Below are positions 36,515-46,640 of a stretch of DNA of 64,000 nucleotides, piece by piece. This stretch comes from a virus: IMG/VR virus record IMGVR_UViG_3300021964_007369, positions 1 through 64,000 of that record. One strand, 5' to 3'. Positions within the stretch are counted from its first letter, which is position 1. The number at the start of each line of letters is the position of its first letter. The translations under genes were made by a program, and so were the position numbers. Under the pieces are notes generated by a model, which saw only the letters and a program-made list of their open reading frames with translations, was not told where the DNA came from and made no database searches.

Positions 36515-37920
36515 CAAAGATGTCCTTTAAATAACGGGAATATTTCTTCGAAATTATCGTAGCCTCTTGTTTTATTAACTAGTTTAATGTATTCTTTAAA
36601 TTCAGGCATACGTGCAGACCAATCTTCTGCGTTCATAAACCTAATAACACCTTGATAACGTTTTAATCCATAAGGTGCATTCATCCATTGCTCCTTGGTA
36701 ATACCTGCTTCTTTTACTCCGGTAAACTTGTCCCAGTTTTCATCAAGCCAAGGATAGAATTCGTTTTCATATTTGTCTGTAACTTGTTTCTTAAGTTCAA
36801 GCGGTAGTGTTTTAACATTTAGTTGTGGAGGCCAATATGCAAAATGCATGTTGATACCGCCTGCTCCAAATGGCCATTTGTTCCATTTTTTAAAACCTTG
36901 CTCAACTTTCCATTTTATAAAGTCGGGAATGTAACCAATATTAAGTGCCATAATAGTTGTTGCTGTTGTTACTTCGACGTTATCTGTAGTTGCGTCAAGT
37001 TTCCACATTTGTTCTACTTGGTGATTCCATTTACTAGGATAGCGTATATAATCATTTTGATCTCCAAGTGCATCAACACTGTAATGGAAACGCACACGCT
37101 TAAATTCTGCCCATAGGTCAAATAAATCATCACGCCACTCTACAGCATTTGAATTATATCGCAGTTCCATATTCTTAGCATGGCCACGTTTAATACATTC
37201 TTCTAGCAATTCATAGTGTTCGTCAATAATTAAACTTTCTCCGCCTGCAAAATACAGTTGGTACATATGCGGAATTTGATCCATTAGGTCTGCCCAGAAC
37301 CTTGGATTGTTTTTATGCCAGTTATAACTTGCTCCGTCATTGCGACCTTTGTTATGCCAGCCACTGGTATTTTTTAATTTTTCATTTTTCATTTGCGGAT
37401 ACATTTCGTTCCACTCTTTAATCCAACCTGTTGAATCATGTGGTGAACACATAACACATGCTAGTTGACATTTACTACCTAAACGCAAATCAATATATCT
37501 AATCTTTGGAGGTATGCTTCCATCTTCTTTTGTCTCGGCAACTAGTTCGTCAAGATTAAACCTATTACCCCAATACTCTGTTTCCCAATTACGTTTACTT
37601 AGGTGTCCTGACTCTTCTTCTTTATAACATTTTAAACAACTAGCAGGCTTTTCTCCACGCAACATCATTTTACGAACGTTACGCATATAGCCACTATTCC
37701 ATGCTTCTTCCAATGTTGTGTGATTAAAGTTAGCAGGAACGCCGTCGTCATTTTTTACAACGCCAACTTCTCCGCCGCCTACTTTTTTATTACTGTCTGG
37801 ATCTTGTACACTACTTGCATTTGATGTACAGCAGGTCCTCATCTTTCCGTCTGGTCTACTACTTAGGTGCATCCAGGGTAAAGCACAAAATGTTTCTGAT
37901 GGTAAGGGTTTATTGCTCAT
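36514..37920 (-). CDS. Radical SAM protein with N-terminal twitch domain
   Basis: CALPW...TCC...CLKC; CQLACVMC; AGGES. Start 37920. Confidence 0.9.
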   Translation of the reverse strand: MSNKPLPSETFCALPWMHLSSRPDGKMRTCCTSNASSVQDPDSNKKVGGGEVGVVKNDDGVPANFNHTTLEEAWNSGYMRNVRKMMLRGEKPASCLKCYKEEESGHLSKRNWETEYWGNRFNLDELVAETKEDGSIPPKIRYIDLRLGSKCQLACVMCSPHDSTGWIKEWNEMYPQMKNEKLKNTSGWHNKGRNDGASYNWHKNNPRFWADLMDQIPHMYQLYFAGGESLIIDEHYELLEECIKRGHAKNMELRYNSNAVEWRDDLFDLWAEFKRVRFHYSVDALGDQNDYIRYPSKWNHQVEQMWKLDATTDNVEVTTATTIMALNIGYIPDFIKWKVEQGFKKWNKWPFGAGGINMHFAYWPPQLNVKTLPLELKKQVTDKYENEFYPWLDENWDKFTGVKEAGITKEQWMNAPYGLKRYQGVIRFMNAEDWSARMPEFKEYIKLVNKTRGYDNFEEIFPLFKGHL

Positions 37921-37927
37921 ACTGTAC

Positions 37928-38995
37928 TTATTTAAACTGTTCTGCAAAGGGATCGAACTCGGCGCCGCATTTCATTGCACACACTTTAAGTTTACCATCA
38001 CTGCAACTAGGCTTTGCCCAACTTTCTTGTATACGATCAAATATACCTGTGTTAAAAACTTTTCCTAATCCGTTTCGGGCATCGAGTACACTTTTATCAG
38101 GAATAAAATCCCATATTTGCTCTACTTTAGGATCTTTATGCCACCATTTGTACATACGTCCAGCTGTCCAACAACAAGGTAATGCTAGTCCTTCTGCTGT
38201 GATGAACAAACTGTTTTCTTTTTTAACTTTACAAATGATAGGAGCCGCATCATAATATGCATCCATACTACCGTATTTCTTGAGGATAGTTTCTTGCTTG
38301 GTAAGTGCTTTGTTTTGGTACTTTGTGTCTGGCTTTTTGAGCTCTGCTGTATCTTTGCCTTTGCGGTCTTTGGCTTGGTGCTTTTCTTTCTTGTTTGAAT
38401 TTGTGTCAATAAATCTTCCCGTCTTCTTTTTCATAAATTTTTCGCACCCCCATTTGTTAGCAAGTGCTTCTGCTTCTTCAACTTGGTGTTGATTATGTTC
38501 AAATATTAAATAATCCCAACGTGCTCTACCTCCTGCATTTATAAATGCTTGCATGTTGCGTTCTACGTTGTCCCAAACAACACCTTGACGATATATATGG
38601 TTAGTATCGCGTAAACCATCAACGCTAAAAATAACAGCCCCCATGCGACCAAAAGTTGTCGCCAAGTCGCTCCACCATTCTTCATTCTTTGCGCCTCCAT
38701 TTGTATTCATGCTTAACCACATATTAGGATTGTGTTGTCTAAAGTATTTGAATATTTCTAATGTGTCTCGAGCAACAATAGGATCACCTAAGTTACCACA
38801 CATATACATTGTATCTAATTGCTTAATGAATTCAGGAGTGAATATGCGTTGGCAATCGTTAAGAGATAATTCATCTAAATTAATATGAGGATTAATTCCT
38901 TCGCCGTTCATATTACGATCACACATAGGACAACTTGCTTGACAGTTTTGTGTTACTTCAAGATGAATTGTTTTTATATCATTATACTGATACAT
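37928..38995 (-). CDS. Radical SAM protein with C-terminal SPASM/twitch domain
   Basis: CQASCPMC, GNLGDP, TNGG, SVDG, C...PCC...C...C...C. Confidence 0.88.
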   Translation of the reverse strand: MYQYNDIKTIHLEVTQNCQASCPMCDRNMNGEGINPHINLDELSLNDCQRIFTPEFIKQLDTMYMCGNLGDPIVARDTLEIFKYFRQHNPNMWLSMNTNGGAKNEEWWSDLATTFGRMGAVIFSVDGLRDTNHIYRQGVVWDNVERNMQAFINAGGRARWDYLIFEHNQHQVEEAEALANKWGCEKFMKKKTGRFIDTNSNKKEKHQAKDRKGKDTAELKKPDTKYQNKALTKQETILKKYGSMDAYYDAAPIICKVKKENSLFITAEGLALPCCWTAGRMYKWWHKDPKVEQIWDFIPDKSVLDARNGLGKVFNTGIFDRIQESWAKPSCSDGKLKVCAMKCGAEFDPFAEQFK

Positions 38996-39473
38996 TGAGC
39001 TCTCCTAATCTTTTGTTCACTAACCAAGCAACTGTCTGTAAATTATTAAAATATTTCCATGGCATAAAATCTGGAGTAACTGAAAAACTATCTGCATCAA
39101 TTAGCATTACTTTATTTTGTTTTGTTATAACAACATTATTTAATGATAGATCTCTATGCATAAAAAATTTGTCACTCCATCTATTTTTACTTAACTCTAA
39201 TGAATCTAAATAAATTTGATTATAAGTTGCATATATGTCTATATAAGTTTGTCTCGAAAATCTATGATGCTGTGTTAATGCATTTTCTACATCGCACAGT
39301 ATATCAAGTTTTTCTGTAGTATACTGTGTAGGACTTATCCAAGATATTACCTTCATAAAATGATCTTTATGACTTGACAATTCTCTATACAAATTAAAGT
39401 CTGATAAACTCCATTCATTTTTGTACAATGTTTTTCTTATACAGTTGTCTTCTATCTCAATCTTAGCTTCCAT
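38982..39473 (-). CDS. Minimal protein-kinase-like (small-molecule kinase?) protein
   Basis: HRDLSLNN catalytic loop and LIDAD; the N-lobe is very short. Confidence 0.55.
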   Translation of the reverse strand: MEAKIEIEDNCIRKTLYKNEWSLSDFNLYRELSSHKDHFMKVISWISPTQYTTEKLDILCDVENALTQHHRFSRQTYIDIYATYNQIYLDSLELSKNRWSDKFFMHRDLSLNNVVITKQNKVMLIDADSFSVTPDFMPWKYFNNLQTVAWLVNKRLGELNVSV

Positions 39474-39690
39474 CTAGAACCATCTTTACATCTTTGCCGG
39501 GGCCAACACGACTGGGCAGATCACCGTATTCTTTTACATACCAATCAATTACTGCAACATACCAATTTTCACTGTTATGATGAGCTTGTTTGTTAAACTG
39601 CCAAATATTATTGTTAGTGGCTTGCATTGTACTTAACGCTCTAGCACTTTCGGTTTGCAGTTCTCTGAGTGTTAGTTTCTTTTTTTCCAT
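39463..39690 (-). CDS. Small hypothetical protein
   Basis: 75 aa ORF overlapping both neighbours. Confidence 0.65.
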   Translation of the reverse strand: MEKKKLTLRELQTESARALSTMQATNNNIWQFNKQAHHNSENWYVAVIDWYVKEYGDLPSRVGPGKDVKMVLDGS

Positions 39691-40430
39691 ATCTTATTGT
39701 ATATCCTTTTGGCAAGATCATCATGATAACCTTTAATAATATGATTACATGCTGTATGAACTTTTTCATTTGGGTTATAATTAGGTGTTAAAGACATTAT
39801 ACTAGGATAAACTATATCTTTAATATATTTAAAATCATCGGCAGGATCAACTCCTTTTGTAAACCAAGCAGGAGTCTCTACTAGAATATAATCTACGTTA
39901 GGAATACTATCCATAATTTTAATTAATCCTAGAAAAGGTAACACTCCAATTATTTCTAATTCTAAATTACTAAACTTCTCTGCGTAGTCGGATAGTACTA
40001 ATTTTTTAGTTTTTGTATATTCGTTTGTACTACTAACCATATTCCATAGTAGGGTATTGTTTGGGTCATTTGGATAAAACAATCTCTGCGGATTGGTCAA
40101 CCCTATGACTGCTAAAATTTTTTCACGTTGTTTACTTAATTGTATTAAATCTTTAGTAGAATCAAGGGCAATGTTTGCTAAGCCGGCTCCGCCGAGGGCA
40201 TTATTAATTACTGGAACGTTTGCAAAGCGTCCAAGTGTAGTAGGGTATGAATTCTTTCTTTCTTCTGACTTCCAATCTTCTTTACTTTTATTTTTTCTTT
40301 TTTCGTTTGTTAACCTACACTTTTCAGTAACTTCGTCAGCTGATAAAGGACCCGTAGGATTATAAAGATGCTGAGCTAATCCAGATCCAGCAGTATAACT
40401 ATCTCCATTAGCGTATATTAGATCATACAT
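39672..40430 (-). CDS. SGNH/GDSL-like protein
   Basis: ANGDSYTAG, NNALGG, C-terminal CNH. ATG 40430 after AGGA. Confidence 0.62.
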   Translation of the reverse strand: MYDLIYANGDSYTAGSGLAQHLYNPTGPLSADEVTEKCRLTNEKRKNKSKEDWKSEERKNSYPTTLGRFANVPVINNALGGAGLANIALDSTKDLIQLSKQREKILAVIGLTNPQRLFYPNDPNNTLLWNMVSSTNEYTKTKKLVLSDYAEKFSNLELEIIGVLPFLGLIKIMDSIPNVDYILVETPAWFTKGVDPADDFKYIKDIVYPSIMSLTPNYNPNEKVHTACNHIIKGYHDDLAKRIYNKIWKKRN

Positions 40431-41265
40431 AACCAATCCTCATAAATCTTGTATATTTTTCTAAAGGCAATTTTCCTTCATACAATACTGTTGTAAGAGG
40501 TGCTTGGCTTGCAAATTCATCTAAATCATTTACGCAATTAACATGCTCATCTATTTCAAAAAAGTTATTACTTTGTAACACAACTAATTTACCTTTTGGT
40601 ATTTTTGTAAACCATTCTGTAAAATTTTCTATATGTTCACAACTTGTATTAATAATTGTATCAGGCTTATCTGTTATAGGATAACTCATCCTATTATTGG
40701 CATTGCTCCAATACTGCCAAGTATGTGTATCGTAACTAATATCGTGTATATCTGATACTAACGCTTTAAATTTCCATTGGTCAACAAACCAAGGCTTGTT
40801 AAAAACTTCTGCAATATTAACTGTTGATTCGTCAATATCAAAACTACGTATTTTGTTTATACGAAGATTACTTTCAAATAACATAGTAGCTAGAGTAGCG
40901 TACCAACCTGCACATAAAAATACTGTTCCTATATCAGGAGTAACTTTTCTAAGTTCTTGTACTAGCCAAACCTTACTTTGTAGTTGGCCGCGGGCAAAAC
41001 AATCTTCATCAATAATAGTTTCGTTTATAGTAAAATTTTTAAAAGCTGAAGTAAACTGTGTCCCTACAAACTTATCTAATAGAGGCCATAACTTCCATTT
41101 ATTATCTTCCATTACTAGTTTGCGTAGATCATCTTTGTTATTATCTTGTACAATCCTAAAAATGCTACTGAGGTCTTTGTCAATATATGCTCTACGTAAA
41201 TCGCTTAGTGTACTCTTTGTAGGATATAATATTTCGTATCTATCTAGTAATTCATGTATTTGCAT
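40423..41265 (-). CDS. Class I SAM methyltransferase-like protein
   Basis: GQLQSKVW, FLCAGWY, SFDID, IINTSCEH, LQSNN. Confidence 0.6.
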   Translation of the reverse strand: MQIHELLDRYEILYPTKSTLSDLRRAYIDKDLSSIFRIVQDNNKDDLRKLVMEDNKWKLWPLLDKFVGTQFTSAFKNFTINETIIDEDCFARGQLQSKVWLVQELRKVTPDIGTVFLCAGWYATLATMLFESNLRINKIRSFDIDESTVNIAEVFNKPWFVDQWKFKALVSDIHDISYDTHTWQYWSNANNRMSYPITDKPDTIINTSCEHIENFTEWFTKIPKGKLVVLQSNNFFEIDEHVNCVNDLDEFASQAPLTTVLYEGKLPLEKYTRFMRIGYV

Positions 41266-42271
41266 TAAATTGTTCCTTTAGCCATTCAAAGTCATTAATT
41301 TTTTTGATTGCATCAGTGTTGCCTTTGTTAGCAAGTCCATACTGTCTGCCAGCTCTTGCACCTTTGATAGCATATTCGCCAAACGGTGCTCCGTTGTTTT
41401 TCGTACACCATATTTCCAAACGCTCATTAGTTTCATCGTCTTTTTGTCTATCAATAACTTTACTTGCAAGTTTACAACATTCTCTAAATGCACTTTTCCA
41501 TGTAGCAAACTCATTTGAATTAAAACTTGTAATACACGACATTTGATCCACTGCTTTAAACTTATTACTAATACTAGTTGTCATATCTGCTGTATCAACA
41601 TTCATGTCAATAGTCTTTTGTGTTGGAAATAATTTAATGCCTCCATATCCGTACACTAGATCATTTATTGGATTTCGACTACGGAAAACATGTACTGCAT
41701 CTTTATTCCAACACTCTACTTGGTAATCAAAATTAAATTCATCTACTACAGTTGCATCGCCATCTACAATATAAAACATATCTGTAGTTGCTAGTTTGGC
41801 GGCTTCAATATGTGCTTGGTGTATTCCTTTTACATCTTCGACTCTTTTGCAGGGGAAACGTCCATTAAGTAATCTATAATTGTCGTCGGCTGTTGGTTCT
41901 TTATAACTTATCATCACTATGTCATACTTAGGTATGATAGGATTACTTGCAACTATATCTAATTGTTTTTTCTTAGCAAAGAATCTATAACTTAGTTCTT
42001 GTTTACTTGGAGTTGCATTATTCGGAAACAAACACATACCATCATAGTGTTTACCGTTTTTAAAGATATGCGTATACTCGGTACTATGCGAATCTACTGT
42101 ATAATTAAAATCATAGTCTACTCTTATGTCATCCCATATAGCATAAAAATATTTTGTTAAACATATTTCTTTTGCATGGTCAAAGTTCGTTGCTTTCTTT
42201 AGTACGGGAATTTGTTTTTTGTGTGCATTATAGTTCTTTGTATTGCTACCTACATATATGACGTCATACAT
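41252..42271 (-). CDS. GT-A-like glycosyltransferase with a degenerate duplicated N-terminal domain
   Basis: YIVDGD (DxD), NDLVYGYGGIKLFP, WKSAFRE. The N-terminus repeats the YD.I...FY.(W/V)DD..DF pattern. Confidence 0.6.
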   Translation of the reverse strand: MYDVIYVGSNTKNYNAHKKQIPVLKKATNFDHAKEICLTKYFYAIWDDIRVDYDFNYTVDSHSTEYTHIFKNGKHYDGMCLFPNNATPSKQELSYRFFAKKKQLDIVASNPIIPKYDIVMISYKEPTADDNYRLLNGRFPCKRVEDVKGIHQAHIEAAKLATTDMFYIVDGDATVVDEFNFDYQVECWNKDAVHVFRSRNPINDLVYGYGGIKLFPTQKTIDMNVDTADMTTSISNKFKAVDQMSCITSFNSNEFATWKSAFRECCKLASKVIDRQKDDETNERLEIWCTKNNGAPFGEYAIKGARAGRQYGLANKGNTDAIKKINDFEWLKEQFNANT

Positions 42272-42993
42272 TCGTACACCTCCTTTGCAAAAATTTCGTG
42301 CATTTGTTCAGTTGGATGTGACCCTGGTAATCTTGTATGCATTTTATTACTATAATCTAGTAACGTTTGACCAAAGTTTACTTTTACATCAAGTAAATTA
42401 TATAATTCGCAATCACGATTCTTTGTAGGGTCAATAGAAAAATGACACATTCCTGAATCTATTATTAACACAGGAATGTTTCTTGATGCTAATAAATTTT
42501 TTGTTCCAGTAATTACATTATATGTACGCCATAGGTTGTCGTAATCATTTGGCTCTGCTAACAAATTTGTTAACCAACTAGGACGTTGAGGGAGAAAACT
42601 TCTAAAATTATATTCAGTATGTTCACTGTGCATTGCATGACCAAATCTTGCAGGGTGTGTCAACATAATTATTACTAGATCGGGCTTACGGAAATTTCTT
42701 GATATTTGTTTGAGAACACGCCAACATATTTCTTCGTTACTAATTCCGCCCATAGAAACATTTTGTACTTCAAAATACGGATCTAATTTTTGTAACTTGG
42801 CAGGCCAAGCACGATCTCGTTGTCCGTTGAGTACTTCTTTGTATTTTGGTTTGTCATGATTCCACAAATTTGCTAATTGTTTCTGATGTTGTTCATGCAG
42901 GTTTTTGTTTACATCGCTTTCAAGATACCCTGGTACAAGTTCTACCAACTCATCACCTGCCGTAAAACTACAACCTGAAGTTATGATTTCCAT
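42250..42993 (-). CDS. SGNH/GDSL-like protein
   Basis: SGCSFTAG, NVSMGG.SN, GSHP. Confidence 0.62.
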   Translation of the reverse strand: MEIITSGCSFTAGDELVELVPGYLESDVNKNLHEQHQKQLANLWNHDKPKYKEVLNGQRDRAWPAKLQKLDPYFEVQNVSMGGISNEEICWRVLKQISRNFRKPDLVIIMLTHPARFGHAMHSEHTEYNFRSFLPQRPSWLTNLLAEPNDYDNLWRTYNVITGTKNLLASRNIPVLIIDSGMCHFSIDPTKNRDCELYNLLDVKVNFGQTLLDYSNKMHTRLPGSHPTEQMHEIFAKEVYECMTSYM

Positions 42994-44336
42994 GAGTCGT
43001 AAACTCCTTTACAATAGTCATAAAACGCAGTATATTCAGGAAACGTGTTTAATAAGTTAGTTCCAATACGTTTATCATTTTCTGTAAAGAAACTATAAAA
43101 GTCTCTTTGTCCTTGTTTAATTTTTTGCGGATCAACAGGATTTTGATACATATAATCACGTACACGTTGCATCTTTGCAATTTCAACACTAGTAAAATAG
43201 TCTTTGTTGTTACTCATGTACTCTAAGTGTTCATCCATAAACTTGTTAAACATTTGAGGTAATATATTGATCATCCAATGCGGCGGCTCTTTTAGATATG
43301 GCGTATCAAATGCAAGTGCTTCTTTTCCGTATATCTTGCGCCAATGCATAACACGTTGTAAAAAGTTTTGGAATGTTGCTACACATAATACGTTAAATGT
43401 ACACATGATGTTAACTTTGAATCCACGCTTAATTGCTTCTTCAAAGTTTCTCTCCCAATGATCACATTTTAATCCTGTACGCATATACTCTGCTTGTTCT
43501 CCCCAACCTTCAATACTTGTAAACAAACTAAACTTTCGTATCTTCTTTTGATCTAATAAACTTTGTACTCTATCATACATCCTGTCCATTTTTGCAGTAG
43601 TAACACCTAAGTTACTATTAATGCTAATTTCTAATTGTGGTGCTGGTTCTTTTTCTAATAAGTCAAAGAACTGCATTGCACCGGGATTCATTAGAGGCTC
43701 GCCTCCTGTAATTCTAAGTGTGTGTAGATCTTTACGTAGATCAGGCCACCATTTCCAAAATGCCTCAATATAAGGATTTTCATCCTTGGGTGCGTAGTAA
43801 CGTCCGTTATCTAAAAATTCTGTGCCGTATTGATTATATGTTAAATCATAATTGCCATGTTTCTTAATCTCATCCATCCACTTTGTACTTGCTTGGGGAC
43901 AACAGTATCCACAACGATAATTACACCCGTTACCAAAACTAACTTCTAAATAACGTGGATTTACATTTTCTAACCAATGCTTTTTTGATATCTCTTCAAT
44001 CTCTGGTTCAGACCAATCACTTGCACTGTGTATCATCCTATCTGATATTTGATCTCCTTCAAGGTCTTCAATGTTCCAGCAATAGTAACATTCTTCAGGA
44101 CGCTCACCTTCTAACATTTTTTTACGCTGTTGTTTTTTCCATGCTGTATTGTGTAAAGCACTTGGATCAGCTTTTATTTCAGCTAGAGGTATATGCTGTG
44201 GACGTGGATGATAGCAACTATGATTATCACCTGTGTGCAAATACAATGTTTCATGAAGCCACTTCATTGTGCAAAATCCTTTGCCAATTTTGTTTAATCT
44301 ATCACGTACATCTTTAATATCGTCAACTCTACTCAT
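42981..44336 (-). CDS. Radical SAM protein with N-terminal twitch-like domain (HSCYHP subtype)
   Basis: CTMKW...HSCYHP...CYYC; CNYRCGYC; TGGEP. Confidence 0.88.
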   Translation of the reverse strand: MSRVDDIKDVRDRLNKIGKGFCTMKWLHETLYLHTGDNHSCYHPRPQHIPLAEIKADPSALHNTAWKKQQRKKMLEGERPEECYYCWNIEDLEGDQISDRMIHSASDWSEPEIEEISKKHWLENVNPRYLEVSFGNGCNYRCGYCCPQASTKWMDEIKKHGNYDLTYNQYGTEFLDNGRYYAPKDENPYIEAFWKWWPDLRKDLHTLRITGGEPLMNPGAMQFFDLLEKEPAPQLEISINSNLGVTTAKMDRMYDRVQSLLDQKKIRKFSLFTSIEGWGEQAEYMRTGLKCDHWERNFEEAIKRGFKVNIMCTFNVLCVATFQNFLQRVMHWRKIYGKEALAFDTPYLKEPPHWMINILPQMFNKFMDEHLEYMSNNKDYFTSVEIAKMQRVRDYMYQNPVDPQKIKQGQRDFYSFFTENDKRIGTNLLNTFPEYTAFYDYCKGVYDSWKS

Positions 44337-45720
44337 AATAATCCTTTAATGACGGGAACACATCTACAAAATTTGTATTTCTACGTTTGTCATGTTGTTG
44401 AAAGAATAACTTAAAATTCTTTTTTGCTGTTTCTCTGTCAAAGCCTGTATCAGCCTTAATCCAGTTTATTAGTCTTTTAACTTTGTTTATTTCAAAATCA
44501 CTAAATCCTTGGAATTCATTTTTATCACCGTCCTTATTATATTCCATATATTCTACACATTGTTCTAACTGTATAACACGTTCGGGCATTAGCTTAGGAT
44601 TCATATAATCAGGATTTGTTAATTGTGGAATATCAAACCATATCATTTGTCTTTGTTTGCTGTACTGTGTTCGTAACTTGTGTATTTGTTGCATATAATT
44701 AAATATCCCATTATAGCTAAGTGTATTGAATGTTATGATAAATGTTAAACTGTGTTTATCACATTGCTCTAAATATTGTACAACATTTTTATAAAATACA
44801 TCAAAGTCTAAACCGTTACGAATATATTCCGCTTGTTTGCCCCAACTGTCTAAACTTGCAAACAACATAAAATGATCTAGGTTAGGTGTAAGTGTTTGCA
44901 TACTATTAATAAACTTTTGCCATTGTCCTTTAGGAGGGCAACAGTTACTTGTAATACTCATATGCAAATCTTCTTTAGGATTTTCTTTTACATAATCAAA
45001 CATTTTAAAAGTATTTTTATCCATCAACGGTTCGCCACCGGTCATTCTAAATGTTTGAAGTGTAGGATAAATTTCTGGTAACCATTTCCAAAATGCATTT
45101 AAGTACATGTTGTCAGGACTGTTATCTACCTTTTCCATATACTGCATATCATTATGCTTGCGATTATGTAAATTGTACGGTCCTTCTTTTTTAATTTCTT
45201 TCATCCATTCTGTACTCAATATAGGAGAACAATATGAACACTTAAAATTACATGCTTGGTTAAAATTAACTTCTACATATCTTGGGCGGGCGTTGCCATC
45301 CATACCTAATTGCTTTGCTTCTTCTATAAGACCTGGTTCGTATACATCTTTACTTCTATATGCTCTATCACTTAGTTGTGAACCACTGTCTTCAGTTTGC
45401 CAACAGAATTCACACTCAGGTGGGCGTATTCCGTTAAGCATCATACCACGCTGTTCTTTTTTATGCTTGGTATTATGTAAGGCGCTGTTATCATCTTCGA
45501 GCTCTGTTTTTGGAATGAGATGACTTTTGGGATGATAACAGCTATGTGTCTTTCCGGTCGGTATATGTATGCTTACATTAAACCATTTGGCTAGACAAAA
45601 ACTTGGGCTAACTTCATTAAGTTTTTCTAACACGACTTCAGCATCGTGCATATATCGACTTTCAAACTTGCCGTCGATTTTTCTTAATTCATTACCTTTT
45701 ATGTTTCTATTATATTTCAT
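44329..45720 (-). CDS. Radical SAM protein with N-terminal twitch-like domain (HSCYHP subtype)
   Basis: CLAKW...HSCYHP...CEFC; CNFKCSYC; TGGEP. Confidence 0.88.
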   Translation of the reverse strand: MKYNRNIKGNELRKIDGKFESRYMHDAEVVLEKLNEVSPSFCLAKWFNVSIHIPTGKTHSCYHPKSHLIPKTELEDDNSALHNTKHKKEQRGMMLNGIRPPECEFCWQTEDSGSQLSDRAYRSKDVYEPGLIEEAKQLGMDGNARPRYVEVNFNQACNFKCSYCSPILSTEWMKEIKKEGPYNLHNRKHNDMQYMEKVDNSPDNMYLNAFWKWLPEIYPTLQTFRMTGGEPLMDKNTFKMFDYVKENPKEDLHMSITSNCCPPKGQWQKFINSMQTLTPNLDHFMLFASLDSWGKQAEYIRNGLDFDVFYKNVVQYLEQCDKHSLTFIITFNTLSYNGIFNYMQQIHKLRTQYSKQRQMIWFDIPQLTNPDYMNPKLMPERVIQLEQCVEYMEYNKDGDKNEFQGFSDFEINKVKRLINWIKADTGFDRETAKKNFKLFFQQHDKRRNTNFVDVFPSLKDYYE

Positions 45721-46640
45721 TCAATATCTATAAACTGCTGATTACTATTTCTACTAGGATTTTGATATACTGTTTTAAAGAAAGCACTTTGTTCTGGATC
45801 TAAAGGATCAGTTGCAATAGGAATATCTAATTCATGTTTAAGTGTTTCTCCTAGTCCCATAATTTCGTATGGCAACTTATCTTCAGTAATTCCACTATAA
45901 TTCTTTTTCCATATATCATTTAGGTATTCAAAGTCACGTACATTTACATAGTCCCAATCAGTACACATAGTTTTATACAATCCTTCTCTTGCTCCATAGA
46001 TTGCCCAATTACCATTTTCTACATCTGCACCTACCATTAACCAAATCCAAAGTCTATGCAAATTTTTCCAATGACCGTTTAAGAATTCTTGCTTGGTAGA
46101 TTTTACACCTCTGTCAAGTGCCATCTTAACTCCTTCACGGAATCCAGCACGCCAGGCTTGTTGTGGAGTATAATTATTCCACACATCAGAATAGCAACTA
46201 TTTTGTTGTATATACTTTAAGTCCCAACAAAAGTCTACCTGTGCATGTGGATTATCCGGATCAGCATTCTCGTGTGTTTTCATATTAAGTACAAACTCTT
46301 TAGGCCAACATTTAAGTCCACCGTTGCCGTATAACAATCCGTTAATTACATTCTTGCCACACCAACTAATAACACAATTTTCTAAATCTGTATGTTCATC
46401 AAAGTCTATTTCTTGCTCTAAGAACTTTGGGTGTACTGTGTTATCGCCATCAACTGTAATAAATCTGCTTGTTTCACTTAGGTTAGCACAGGCTTTGTGT
46501 GCGGCGTCTGAGCCTTCTACACCGTGTACACGTTTTGCCCATGGTACTTTAGTAAGTAAATCTGCATAATTTTTTTCAGCATTAGGTTCATCATAACTTA
46601 AATAGATGATATCACAGTCAATAACTTTAAATTTGTTCAT
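45717..46640 (-). CDS. GT-A-like glycosyltransferase (paralog of 41252-42271)
   Basis: SYDEPNA, ITVDGD, NGLLYGNGGLKCWP, AWRAGFREG. Confidence 0.6.
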   Translation of the reverse strand: MNKFKVIDCDIIYLSYDEPNAEKNYADLLTKVPWAKRVHGVEGSDAAHKACANLSETSRFITVDGDNTVHPKFLEQEIDFDEHTDLENCVISWCGKNVINGLLYGNGGLKCWPKEFVLNMKTHENADPDNPHAQVDFCWDLKYIQQNSCYSDVWNNYTPQQAWRAGFREGVKMALDRGVKSTKQEFLNGHWKNLHRLWIWLMVGADVENGNWAIYGAREGLYKTMCTDWDYVNVRDFEYLNDIWKKNYSGITEDKLPYEIMGLGETLKHELDIPIATDPLDPEQSAFFKTVYQNPSRNSNQQFIDIE

